Assembly (NCBI GenBank): GCA_000934665.2
Contig: KZ538454.1
Location: 124,001-160,111 of the forward strand
DNA length: 36,111 nt
Source: Catajapyx aquilonaris
Taxonomy: Eukaryota
Reading direction: 5' to 3'
Part shown: positions 24,175-36,111 of the stretch, one piece after another
How positions within the stretch are numbered: the first letter of the stretch is position 1
Layout: each line of letters starts with the position of its first letter
Translations under genes and position numbers: made by a program
Notes under the pieces: model-generated
Database searches by the model: none
Told to the model about the DNA's origin: nothing
The model's input: only the letters and a program-made list of their open reading frames with translations

Positions 24175-25476
24175 GGTGTTTCGCCTCAAGTCTTTCCCGG
24201 ATGTCGATGCGATGCATCTTACACGAGCGGTGTACCTGACACTCTTCATTGGGTTGTCTACTACACAATTTTGCCGATATAGGTCCGGCAAAGATGCGGC
24301 ACACCCTGTACCACTCCGGCACAAGTCATCTATATCAATAATCCGGTATTGTTTCATGTGGAGCCCACGCCCATGGGCTACAGAATGTCTTTGTTTGCCT
24401 TTGCTGGGGTTATCCGTACCACTTTATATTATGCAGTACCAATTTATACTGTGTGTAGGATGGTGTCCTATGCGCACCTTGACCCCGGGGACAGTCTGGC
24501 GGCGTCACTTCTCCATAAATCCCACAAATGGACATTAATTTTTTGCGTCGGAGCAACGGGGCAATAAACATGCTGGAGGCGACCGAGTTCTCTATCGATG
24601 AAATCATTGGTATGCTCAGGATGTGCCGTGACACACCAGACCCAAATACATGCTGGGGGCCAGAGATCGGCTTGTTATAAAAAAGTGATGTAAGACAGGC
24701 GGAAGTAGTAGCGGTTTTTTTTTTGCGAACCGGTGCAGAGCATAGTCAGTGTTTTCTGCGAATTGGGCGAACATGTTGACTCAGAGTGTACATAATAAAT
24801 GAGAACTTCGGGCGCAAATAGTTTCAATTATTACAAGGAAAAGTGTTGGGAATATTATTTGCGAGTGCAAAAAGCAGGAGGAAAACCGCCAACGCAATTC
24901 ATGACCTTGTTGTCTAAATGTGAGCAAGAACATCGAACGAGCCCAGATGAGGGTATATGTTCAGACAGCTTAAAACAAGTATGTATCCTAGTTGATTGAT
25001 TAATGGCAGTGACGTCAGGGGTATCAAACAGGTTTGTTAGGACTCTCTCTCTCTCCCAGATCGAATATGGGAACTGCGAAGATGTCTGAAGTGGGCAGGA
25101 GAAGTGACACATCGAAGGTCAGGTGATTGAAATTGCCTCCTATTTTTTCATGTGTGATTCGCATGTGTGCGTGGGTGAATGTTGGGGGCGACCGATGGGA
25201 GGCTCAGCAAGGAGATTCGTCACTGCCTAAGAAATGTAATCGCCGTATTTATCCGAGTGCTAATGAAAAGTCCATACATCAAGGGGTTGAGTGTGGGGGG
25301 TCACGTGTTGTGTCTCACACTCTAAAGGCGAGTCTGAGTTATGTCAGTTGATGAAAACAGATCTTGAAGTATAGGCTCAACAGGATGTGACTTGAACTAG
25401 TATGCAAAATAGCACGAATCATGAATAAAATTGGTGTATAAATGTTTTAATCTTTGACATTTTTCAAAGAAATTGC

Positions 25477-26052
25477 AGTAAGTTACAGTTACAACTACAG
25501 CTACATCTACAGACACATTGGAGCTACAGCTAATAATAAATGTGCATTAAATTATAAAGCGGTCGCAACTAGCTTAACTGTAGCTGTAGTTTACAATTAC
25601 AGCTACTTCTATAGCTACACGTACAGCTACATTGCAGCTACATTAGATTATAAAGCGGTCGCAACTATGTGTAGCTGTAGCTGTAGAAGTAGCTACACGT
25701 ACAGCTACTTCTACAGCTACAGCTAATAATAAATGTGCATTTAATTATATTATAAAGCGGTCGCAACTATGTGTAGCTGTAGCTGTAAAAGTAGCTACAT
25801 GTGGAGCTACTTTTACAGCTACAGCTAATAATAAATGTGCATTTAATTAAATTATAAAGCGGACACAGCTATGTATAGCTGTATCTTAACTGGAGCTGTA
25901 GCTTTAACTGTTGCTGCAGTTGTAGTTTATAATTACTGCTACAGCTACAACTACAGCTAAAGCTACAGCTTCGTTGTAGTTTACAAATACAGCTAAGGCT
26001 ACAGCTACATCTATACATAGCTGTGACCGCTTGCTAATTAAATGCAAATTTT
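25477..26052. repeat. Complex foldback repeat: about 100-bp units built on TACAGC/GCTGTA hexamers with internal hairpins; possibly a non-autonomous transposon relic
   Basis: TTATAAAGCGGTCGCAACTA-like motif at 25552, 25648, 25751 and 25852; 23-bp perfect stems at 25672-25725 and 25774-25827; inverted copy of the unit head at about 26003-26051. Confidence 0.88.
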
Positions 26053-27044
26053 TAAAACGTAATAATTACAACAATGACAGCTCCATTTGGGTTCGCCTTT
26101 TGTATTCCGTCGGTGGTAGAAATGCAGTAAAATTGTTTCCGCTGAATGCAAGCAAGGAGTGGGTGGAGTTGATACCCAATACAAATGATCATAATGTATC
26201 TGGAGTCGTTGTGCAGCAGCTTGGGAGTTGAGAGTTGACTGTCAGGGAAAGGAAGAGGAAGCAATAAGAAAGGAGACAAGTGTTAGCAAGAAGGCGGATG
26301 GGATGGGATGCATGATCGAACAAGTTTTCCGGACGATAAAGGTATCGATTAGGGAGGCTGAGTGCGACGGGAATTAATGACGTCGGTCCTTGATGGAAGG
26401 AGGGGGGGAAATGCTGGGTGATTCTTATCCGGTTCGTATTAGTGACGGTATCGATCAGGTGAATATATTTATTTATTCTACTACCGCCAACGCCACCTGG
26501 GTATCTATATTTTTATAGGAACCACCACCGCCACCTGGTGTCCCAAAGATTTTATTGACTCATCACCCCCCTTTGGACCATTGCAGGGCGAGCAGCCAAT
26601 TTGACTCAAATATTAGAGGAAGCGTCCGAGTAATTATTTGATGGGCCTGGTTGTATCCAGTAGGGGGGGGAAAAGCTTGGTTTTTGGTAGGGGCCAGTTG
26701 CGACCAGGTAGTATACACATTCCGAGAGAGAGAACTGGGGGTTGCCAGGATGTCAGAACTCAAATTGAAAATTTATTCCCTGCAAGTTGACGGGGAGGGT
26801 AGTAACGAGGCGAATTAACGTCGAGGTAAATTTTGTCCACTTGCTGCGAGTGCATTATGAATGCTTTGGGAGGTTGCTCTCATGGACTGTCTCCCCTACA
26901 GGGTCGGAGGGGAAACTTGTCAGCCCACCCAAGGGACTGCCCTTTTTTTTTTGAGGGTACCTTTTTTTGTTATGGAAAAGGGGGGGGGGATGTATCCGGT
27001 TGAAATAGAAGATGGTTCGACCTCGGGTTAAAATATTTGTGTTT

Positions 27045-27081
27045 CTGATACACCCTGTCCATTTTAGACAGGGTGTCTCAG
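27045..27081. repeat. 15-bp inverted repeat (1 mismatch) containing CACCCTGT/ACAGGGTG
   Basis: CTGATACACCCTGTC-CATTTTA-GACAGGGTGTCTCAG. Confidence 0.75.
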
Positions 27082-30000
27082 CCCCACTGAGGACAACAGG
27101 TGCAAAGTCAAAGGAATGTTGGGATTTAAAAGTCCCTGATTTTTGGGGATAAAGAAAATTATTTATAGCCTGGTGGTCCGGACCCTCGATTGAATCCAAG
27201 AGACAGGCCAAATCCAGCATGAAAAGCATCGTCTTTTTTTTGGGACACTAATCCTTCCTTGCCATGCTTGGTCCGATTGGACCTAAGGGGGGGGGGACCG
27301 GTCCAGCTTCAGTATGTGATGGCATCAATGGCCACCTCCGGAATCTTTCATCCACAAACGTAATTCTGTCCTTTTCACCACCCCTCCACCGTCTTTTGTC
27401 ACAAGATCCTATATAGAAGTTTTTTTTTCTGAAGGGGGGGGGAGGGGGGAGGCGGGGCAAAAACCGGCCTTTTGACAAGCGGCGGATATTGCCCCACCGA
27501 TGTCGGTCCCGATTATTTTCCATTGAAACATGTACCGATTTCTTTCACTATTGTTGTAGCTGTGGCTTGTCTGGTGGTGCCCTTGGATCGACTGGATGCT
27601 TTTTGGTTCATTTGATCACGTGATTTGAACTAACCAATAGATGTCTGGATGCTTAAGGTTACATTAACCGGCTTGGAAAACCGATCTGGTGAGTCGCATC
27701 CATAATACACCCTACCAGATCGTATGTCCTTGGGTGGGTGACATATCTGGTGACATAATAATACGAGGACTGTAAAAAAAAGGGAGTGGGAGATCTAATG
27801 GATGAGCTTCTAATAACGTGGGTGTCGCCTCCAGTTGTCCTGAAAAATGGCCCACTTGGTCCAACCGATATTGCTTGAGGGTATAGGAGCCAATGGTGCA
27901 AATGGACAAACAATTCACACCATTCTGACCGGGTCATGTCTGCCCATATATGGCGTCATGAATTAGCGAATGGATACAGGTACGCTCCTGAAATTTTGAT
28001 GGTACCTGCACAGGTGACGAAAGCGGAAGGGGAAAAAAACATGTCATTGAGGATCGTCCGGGCTGCAAACCCAAGTTTTTTTCTTAACACCTTTTTTTTG
28101 TATGGTCACCCCTATGGTATTTTCCCACAAGGGTGTCCATCCCCGTCCGCTGACTTGACGCACCTTTTGATGAGTCGCGCCATCTGGCAGCTGTTCCCCG
28201 GGTTATATAGGCAAAGTGGCAGTTTTTGGCGGCGTGATTAGTGTCGGGGAGTGGACGGGACGGAATTGGCAAATGAGCAAACTTCCTGCGATGGGTGAGC
28301 TTTATCTGCCAGCGACTCAGCCTGCAACCTCATCAATAATCTTGTGTACACTTGGGAGATAAATCGAATCGCGGCGAAACAACCAGCAACCATTGACGTC
28401 ACACTATCAATCTACCAAGGATGGGGAACGAAAATTTTTTGGACAATAGTTGGGTAATACCAGGTTTTATTTTAGAGCGCGGATTCAGGCTAGTTGCGAT
28501 CGGAATGCGCGCCCAGAGTCGTTCAGGCAAGTGTCAAATAGGACTCAAGCGGAAGTTGCGTGTCTCTTAGGAATTGCGATAAGGCAGCCTGCAGGGGTGT
28601 TGCGGTTCCATGACATCAGATAATGATGATGGAAAGGCGAGACAGTTGAAAAAAAAAATAACTGAAGAAGAAGGGGGCAAACATGTGCAGATGTATTGGG
28701 ATGGAGAGAGGCAGATGTGAATATGGGGGTTGAGCGGCGAATCAAAGGAATCGACTCTTTTTCACCCCAATCTGGATCCAGTTTCAAAGAACTTCCTGGG
28801 CCTGGTTGTTTTAATTATGTGCACTGCTAATATGAAGTTTTTCGGGGGACAGATCCTTGTAGTGGGGAGATGGAAGGGAGATAGACCTGGGCAGAGGGCC
28901 AAATCTGATGGGGGGGTGGGCCGCCCCAATCAAAGTGGCGGAAGTGGCGGAAAAGTAGATGATCTCCTCAGCTTCCTCTCATCCATGCAGCCCTTTTGTG
29001 GCCAACTTGTGCGGTAAAGGACATTGTCCTCTGAAGGCGAATCTGGCTTTTAGCTCCTCCCCAATGTGGCCAGGAGAGCCAATAGCCTGCAGCCTGCAGC
29101 CAGGCCGTTTCACGACACACCCAGCAGTAGTGAGGGGTCGCAATCACATGAACTGTCAGGGTTTTTGATAAGGAAGAAGCCTGCAGGCGTTGGGTCCAAG
29201 AAGGGCGACATCACTATTTATAACGAATGATGTTATTGCGGCTGTGACATTCGCTTAGCAGTTGTCGCCGGCTGTTGGCTGGGAGCTATATTTAATCGTA
29301 ATCGCAGTAGTTAGTTCGTCTCCTAGAAAACTGATCCGCCGTAATTTGGACCACGTTGTGTGTGCTCGCTTTGGGATCTATCGGATATCTATCCAGCTCC
29401 GAGTGCTAGATACAGACTCTGTGTGAAGCTGTGCCAAAAGTTCTTGAAAAATTGGCCAAAGTAGCCAAGCAATTTTGGCTGAGCTTTTAAAAGAGCCGCA
29501 CCTGTTGTCAAGCCTAAAAGGCACACGCCAGGGCCAGGTGCAAATAAATTGTTACAAGCCTCACCTATACGCACATGCACGCACCAAGAAAACGCAGGCG
29601 GTGTCAGCGCCTTAATTATGACCACCATCATGCTTGCTCATCACCATGCAAATGATATCGGCCAGTAATGTCGTTAACCTCCCTATCCCCTAGGTTGGAA
29701 AATGTCCCCTATGAAGTGTTCTGTATATATCAACCAGAATTGAAATCGATTGCTAGCGTCAACAACCAAAAGAAATTCTTGGAACAATGCTGTGGTGCGT
29801 AAAACAATGAAGAATGAGAATGTCAGCCATGCAATAACAATAGGGCTCGCCTGGCATGTGTACAAAATAAGTTAAAACATGTAAATTATCATGGCTGAGA
29901 ATGCGATTGTTGGGAATGACGTCATGTTTGCGTCTGGCACGTCGTAACCCGAATCTTCTGTCGGGGAAGTAATCCCAGGTGATAGAATATCGATAAAAAC

Positions 30001-30333
30001 CTCTAGGATTTATTATATGACAAGGATTTGAAGCTCCCTTCGCCTTAAAGAGTCTGTTAAGTCGTCTACGATGGAAGCAAATCGGCGATGAAATTTTTTG
30101 ATGGCTTTGAGTGGATCAGCCTCCCCATTTTTAAAGTCAAGTGATGGGAATCTGCCGATAAATTGGAAGGCAAGGCGTCGATTGTTGCGTGGGACTCCCT
30201 ACCAAGATAACAATCAGGTTGGCCAAACAAGTACAGTACTTGCTGAGGTGTGAGAGCACCTTTTAGTCCTTCCGTTGGCGATGACGGACACCCACTGGAC
30301 TGATAAGCTGGAGAAAAAATTGACTTCTTCCGC

Positions 30334-30369
30334 TACAGGGTGGCTCGAAAGTACAGGGTGGCTCAAAAC
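30334..30369. repeat. 18-bp tandem duplication starting TACAGGGTGGCTC (resembles a Tc1/mariner-type terminus)
   Basis: TACAGGGTGGCTCGAAAG followed by TACAGGGTGGCTCAAAAC. Confidence 0.7.
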
Positions 30370-33300
30370 CGCTTAATTGTTGGCGCCGCTATTATTGAGT
30401 TAGGAGCTGGGCTAATTAACGGCATCAAACTGAGGTTGAGGTCTCGCCTGATTCCGCCGCTTCCTCATTGATCCATCCGCCCAGATGGATTTATTCCCCA
30501 TAAGCCCCCCTGAATTAAGTCCGTGGCCTCGGGGCCACCCCTCGTTTTTTCGCAATTTATTTCCCCAAGTCGGACTGTGACGCTACTTTTATTGAGCACC
30601 GGGTTTTTACGGCTATATTAATTAGCAAGTGGGCAGGATGACTTGAAGGTGTTTGTACCGGCTTGGAAGAAAACCGGCCCTCCCTAATTGTTGAAGTGTG
30701 TTCTTGCATGTAATGAGTCATGAGAAACCGAATTATGGCACCCTTGGTAGATGCCACAAAAAAAAATTTTGTGTCCTTATATTGGGAGGAATGTGGGTTA
30801 TAATGAGGGAGCGGAGGTTGCGATTATCCGATTGGGTGGAGAAAGGACTGGTTTCACACGGGTTTGAACACCTCGTCATATGATCAGCCCCAGGGGCGCA
30901 CAGATACGGATCGAGCCACCGGTATGGGCGCATGTGTGGCAGATGTTACACCTCATGCGTGAGTGCGTGATACCCAGTTTTTGCCGCGGAACATGTGCAC
31001 TTGGGAACATCTTAGACCTTGGAAGGCTCCAGAGGAAATGGACGGGCCATCTGATTGGCCCCCGGGCATATACAGCGCTTCAATAACCCTATAGTATTGC
31101 GCAACCCCCTGGGTTAATAAAATTAGTTATATATTTGTAAAAATATTATGCAATAATTGCGCCATCCACATGTGCCTGTAAATTTAAAACAGAAAAAAAT
31201 ATTTCGCAACCAACACCATGCCAACTTGATGAATTTCGCGTGATAACTTGCCCATCCCAACGACGTCTTTCCAGCACGCCACAGCAATTAACCGTCTGTA
31301 AATTAATGCCACCCGTATGTGTCACCCGATCGGTGACGAACCATTTCCTGGCAAGTACGGCGAACGTGACCTAATTAATCCATCTGATTGGCCGTACTTG
31401 GCGCTTCGATTATCGCCAATAACTAGAGTATATAGGGGGGGTGTTGAGGGTGGAAAGGATGATGATGAGTGGGGTTTCCAGTGGGCGACCGAAGGTCATC
31501 CGGTGGTTCCTTAGAAACCCGGTCCGCTGGATGTGGCTCTCTCCACCAACCGGATTTCACCGAAAAACAATGATTGATTCTGAAGCCTTCTTTCGAAGAA
31601 TCTTATCGTAATGACTAGGTTGCTAGGGACTGTATCCGTCAGTGTGTAAGCTGTTGCCAATGATGGTGCACGTGCCGTCTGCTTGTGGGGTAAGTCCTTG
31701 GTGCGAATTAGAAGGCGGGTGATTTATTTGTACCACTCGAGTAAATACAAACAGCTGGCCTTGGTCTGATCGTCTGACTGGAAAGGATATTCCACCCTGG
31801 GTACTCGGGTACCATCTCCAATGGTTATATAGGAAAAGGAGGCCGTCGAGACCGGTCTGGTCAGATGCCCCCTAGGTGCGGTCCGGGGCCAAAGTGCACC
31901 CAAGGTCCCACTGGCGTGCGCCACAAATGCATTCAATAAGTAAATAAGGAAAAATATTTTGTGCCCACTGTCGGCCTTCGGGGAGGATGGGCCCTGTTTT
32001 TACCCATGAACCCCAACAGACATCGCGTTTTATATAACGTCAATTCGTATGTCAAATCTTTTTTATAATCTTCAGCCCCTTTTCCTGCTGATGAGGGATA
32101 GTTAATTACTCAACTCAAGGGCCGGATGGGAAGATTGGTTCGAATTTTTTAAAGATTTAATATGTAGGGGGTGTGACATATCCACAAAAAAGTACATACA
32201 TGCTGAAAAATTGCGTGTATGACATATGGGTGAATTATCGATAGTGAAGTTGGTTTCCTTTTTTAAGTCCGAGTGTACCGGATACGAAGGCCAGATTGGG
32301 AATCGCTGATGCGGAAAGGATGGAAGTAATGAGTGTGGAAGATGGCGAAAGAGAGGAGGCCCCCATACGGGCGATAAAAGTGAAAAAGAATGTGCCGATG
32401 CATTCGATTTGTGGTGGCTTGGGAAAACGAAGACTCGTTTGGTATCCTGTCCTTGCCCCCTTTTTTCCTTTTTATAATATATATATTTTTTTAGACTCAT
32501 AAATGTATCTGATCACACCCATCGATTAGTCAGAACCACAACCGCACACGCCTCTTCCTCTGTGTCTAAGATGGACTTGAATCATCACCCACTTCCTATA
32601 GATAGGATGTGTCTGAATCATTAAATTCATAATTAACCTTGGATCAAACAGTAGAAAGGTATCTTCGGCCATTGCTGCAACATCCTTTTGACCAGCCAAG
32701 GACTCCTTCCGACCGAAACCGATCCCTTTCTTCAAATCATAATTTTGGATTCCCCCATTTTTTTTTTTGTAATTCTCAAATGACAGTTTATTAAGGCGCC
32801 CTCTATAAGAAAAATTAAAATTGGGCCACCTTGCCCTTGAAGCATAGTTCGGTTGCGTGTTAGGCCCCTGGAAATTGGAAGCTTTTCTCGGAAATGTTTC
32901 CTAATCGCGCAATATATGCGGGTTAAATCCGGCCTTATGGTAATTACCCTCCCAGTAATTTTTTTTTGAAGCATGGGTAGCAGGTGCGATCAAGTGATCG
33001 CGGGCTGAGCGCGGATGGAGGCGATAACTCATTAATTTTCCATAATGGAGGACCTTGAGGGCATTTTGGCGCCGATTAGCGATGGTTATCTGCGCCGCTA
33101 ATCGTTTCGTCAACAGTCCATACCCTGGGATGCTGCAAAGATGGTAGTGTCAAAAGCGTGTGAACATCCGGATGAGTGAATCCCCCGGAACAGGTGGGCA
33201 CCACTGACAACAAAAGAAGGACCGGAATAGTTGAGGTTTGAGTCACGCCAGAGCACAAGAAGAGTCTGCTAAGGGAGCCCTGAAGAGGGTGGGAGGGATC

Positions 33301-34380
33301 TATACTCTTTCTCTCTAGGGGACAAAAATACGGCGCAGGCCAGCGGCTGTTGCCATATAAATGGGGACGCGGCCATTTTAATGGGCCTTGGCGGAAGGGT
33401 TGCCAACTGGAAGGAGTCATCCTCCCATCTAGAAATCGAATTGAGACATATCGAAACGAAACATCCCAATATTCGAGATATCGTGAACCGATGGCCTTGA
33501 CATGTCCAATCTGGACCGGAAATGGCCGGTGATCACCAACCTATACTTCCGGTGCAAGGTCAGTGGTCATTGGGCAGGTGTAAGGAGCAACCGAAATGGG
33601 AGGTTGGCAAAACAATGCATTTGTGTATGCCAAAGTGGCATATTTTTGGGAACGTCGTTCACTCCGTTTTTTTTAAATTTGTAAAATGCGAGTCACGTAA
33701 TGTAAGAATAACAACAGTACAAAGTTGCCAGGGTGTTGGATTTATTCACCTGGCAAGCGTAGGAACATGGGTCCAATTGCCCTTCCGACACATTTCCTCT
33801 AGTCCTCGCCCCGTAACCTACACTGCCGTACAACCAACCGGCCGTGTTTTATTTTATTTCCACGTTTTTCCAACCCGACTCCGCCGTTTCCTCCTGGGCG
33901 TTTGGCAGCTTCTTTTATCGCTGTCGCTCTTGCCAAACACTCCTATTGACTCCTTTGCTCCTCCACCGGCTGCAGAAAATAATTGGATAAGTCGGGACCG
34001 ATCTTTTTCTAAGTTTTTGGCAAAACCTTCTCATTCGACATATGGGGAAGAATTAGCCTATATGATATTGGGGGGTTTGGTGACACTGAATGGCCTCTAT
34101 GGACTGCCGATCTGTCAACAAGTGACGCTTTTCATGCCTCCCTTGTGTGCGTCAATAAACCGGCGGACACAAGCGCCAAGAATTGCGACAACATTGGGCC
34201 AACATAACCAAGGTTTACTAGATCGCATCAGCTCGAATAGACGTCTAGAATGGTGAAAAACGTGCCAAAATTTTGCGCAAAATTGTGCGTTGCCATATCT
34301 CATACCTTGGTATGGGTACACACATTTTGGTTGTCTGTATAGTGCATTATGTGATTTCCGGCAAGCATAAATAATGTATG

Positions 34381-34416
34381 TAAATTACATACTGAGTGAA
34401 CTCAGTATGTAATTTA
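34381..34416. repeat. Perfect palindrome: 17-bp arms with 2-nt spacer
   Basis: TAAATTACATACTGAGT-GA-ACTCAGTATGTAATTTA. Confidence 0.92.
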
Positions 34417-36111
34417 TGCGCTGAAGTGTGTAATAATGTACCAAGTTCAGAGGTGTTGAAACTTGGTTGGGAGGGAGGGGAGATCACATATCCGTGACAT
34501 GTGAAGTGGAAGTAAAAATCGAATGGACAGAACATAATCCTGTCTTTGTAGGACGATGTTGGTCTCAGGTGAGCGGGACACCTGCCGCAAGGTTGCCAAG
34601 TGAATGTCCACCAATGATTACGTATTCATGCACCGGGGTGTGTCCTGCGTGCCAGGACCAGCCGCGATGGGACTGCAGAAATGGACTATACTGTAGCAGG
34701 TCTTTCGCCTTATGGGAGAGCTGGACAAGGTCTATTGGCAGCGGGTAGTCAGCCATTATCAGTGTATCCGGTTGAGGGAATGGAGGAGGAAGAAACCAAG
34801 GAAGGCTCCAGTCGAACGGAAACGAGCCTCTTACTTATCTCGTGTTTATTGTATTGTTGCGATGGGTAGGGAGCCCGCTTGAGCGTGACCATAGATTGTG
34901 GTCACCAATTCTAAGCTCGGGGCGAAGGTGTCCCCGGGGCAGGTGCCCGCTAACCAGATGTCTTCTTTATCCTTGGGGGGGTTAGAACGGGTTACGTCGT
35001 TGGTTGAAGGTCAGGTGGGTGTGGGCGATAGTGCATCATTGAACTATCAGTGAGTCATTGCGATTGAGTGACGGTTCGATCGGGCCCAATGCGTTTTATT
35101 GCTTCTGATGCGTGGCCCTGATCATATTTTAGCTTTTGTGGTTCAGTCACCTGAGCGGGGCTTTGATTGCTTAAGAGAAATATGCTCATTCAAGCACCGA
35201 TGGAATGTTAACTGCTATTTGGCCAACCGTGTAAGGGTATTGCCTTTGCTAATTGCTACTAGCGGGGTATAAGCGTTGATGGATTATTCTCATGCAATCT
35301 GTATCGTCAGCCGGAAGTTGCATTGTCGCATATACATCATAAAAAGGGGATTAAACATTCTAGGCGAAATTATTGAAAATAATGTAATTGTTACGCAATG
35401 GTTGCGACTTGGCCAAGCCTGTAAATCAGTCTTTTTGTTGTCCCGCACGTGTATATGTCGGGTCGTAATTAATTGGTGACGCGACTCTTGACTCGGCATT
35501 TGTATCTTGAGTCCTTCACAACTGCATAATGACGCAAATGCTGCCAATTGATTATGTCAAAACAACCAGGAATTTGTACATTGTGCTTAAGCCGCTTGAA
35601 TGGCAATCATTAAAGCGATGATCTACAGCCCATTTCATAACGAACGAGTTTGCTCTCCTCCTTTTTTTTTTGTTCGAACCTCAAATAATTATGCTGATCA
35701 GATCGATCGGTTTCCTGCTAAAGCAAAAAAGTCAACCTTGCCTGGTAATTGACGCAGGTTTCTCAATTGCTAAGCAGCGAGTGACTTTTTCCATCTATTT
35801 TTCCTGCTTGCATTGATAATCTTTTGAGCCGATTAAAAAATTTTCCCTCCCCCTGGAGTCCTGTTAGCCAGATTTGACCCCCTGTCAATTGCATCCCAAA
35901 GGACCGTTTTCATCCTGTCGGCTTCGGTATTGAGTTGTTGTTCTTGTCCGCAGTAGGCCTAGAAAAGCACAGCTCGGCCTTTCCAGAATGTAGTCGCAAT
36001 GTATTCAATCCTGTGGCTTAACGACGCCAGAGACGGAGCTTAAACACAAGAGCCAGTGCCTTGCAGGGAATCAATGCTTTGCAGATACTCGAAGCCTCTA
36101 GGGCACGAGGT

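Larger units (their letters stand above)
20137..36111 (+). other. ct: cut intron 2 (incomplete, >15.9 kb)
   Basis: Strong donor GAG|GTAAGA. I did not find the expected next exon (IAQLVEDVQRLQ- or IKALLDELQRL-like) in the rest of the window by eye. Confidence 0.7.

Noticed and set aside
25454..25726. 90-aa Tyr/Ser-rich ORF
   Set aside because: Simply the translation of the TACAGC hexamer repeat.
7268..28129. Su(H)/CSL sites TTCCCACG (7268, 17840) and TTCCCACA (28122), of interest because cut is a Notch target in Drosophila
   Set aside because: Three unclustered sites is no more than the roughly four expected by chance for YGTGRGAA on both strands of 36 kb.
33522..34256. 244-aa ORF, the longest in the window
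   Set aside because: No recognisable motif or coding-like composition. A BLASTP/HMM search would settle it, but nothing visible supports a gene.
35930..35962. Acceptor-like TTCTTGTCCGCAG near the window end as cut exon 3
   Set aside because: Followed immediately by in-frame TAG codons and shows no resemblance to the expected coiled-coil continuation.

Overview
This is eukaryotic, almost entirely non-coding DNA from an arthropod (probably insect/hexapod) genome, not a prokaryotic locus. It holds the 5' part of the homeobox gene cut (CUX family) on the + strand. A 27-codon first coding exon (3294-3374, MDIQAMQSVDWLFKKERIYLLAQFWQQ) is too short for the ORF track. It splices across a ~16.4-kb phase-0 intron to a 134-codon exon (19735-20136, RATLAEKEVSALKEQL...RSALEMELAAKEKE). 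A second intron then runs off the end of the window; I found no CUT repeats or homeodomain. The identification rests on my recollection of the Drosophila Cut and vertebrate CUX1/CASP sequences, not on a database search. The other listed ORFs look like chance frames. The introns contain minisatellites, several perfect palindromes or foldbacks (one with a compensatory base-pair change between copies), interleaved inverted repeats with pseudoknot topology, an apparent excess of the Cut-type site ATCGAT, a strong unassigned splice acceptor and a GAGA+Pho cluster. I see no evidence for a new multi-gene system; the leads are regulatory or structural and mostly inferential. Five single Ns, all at poly-G tracts, suggest assembly joins, so intron lengths are uncertain.
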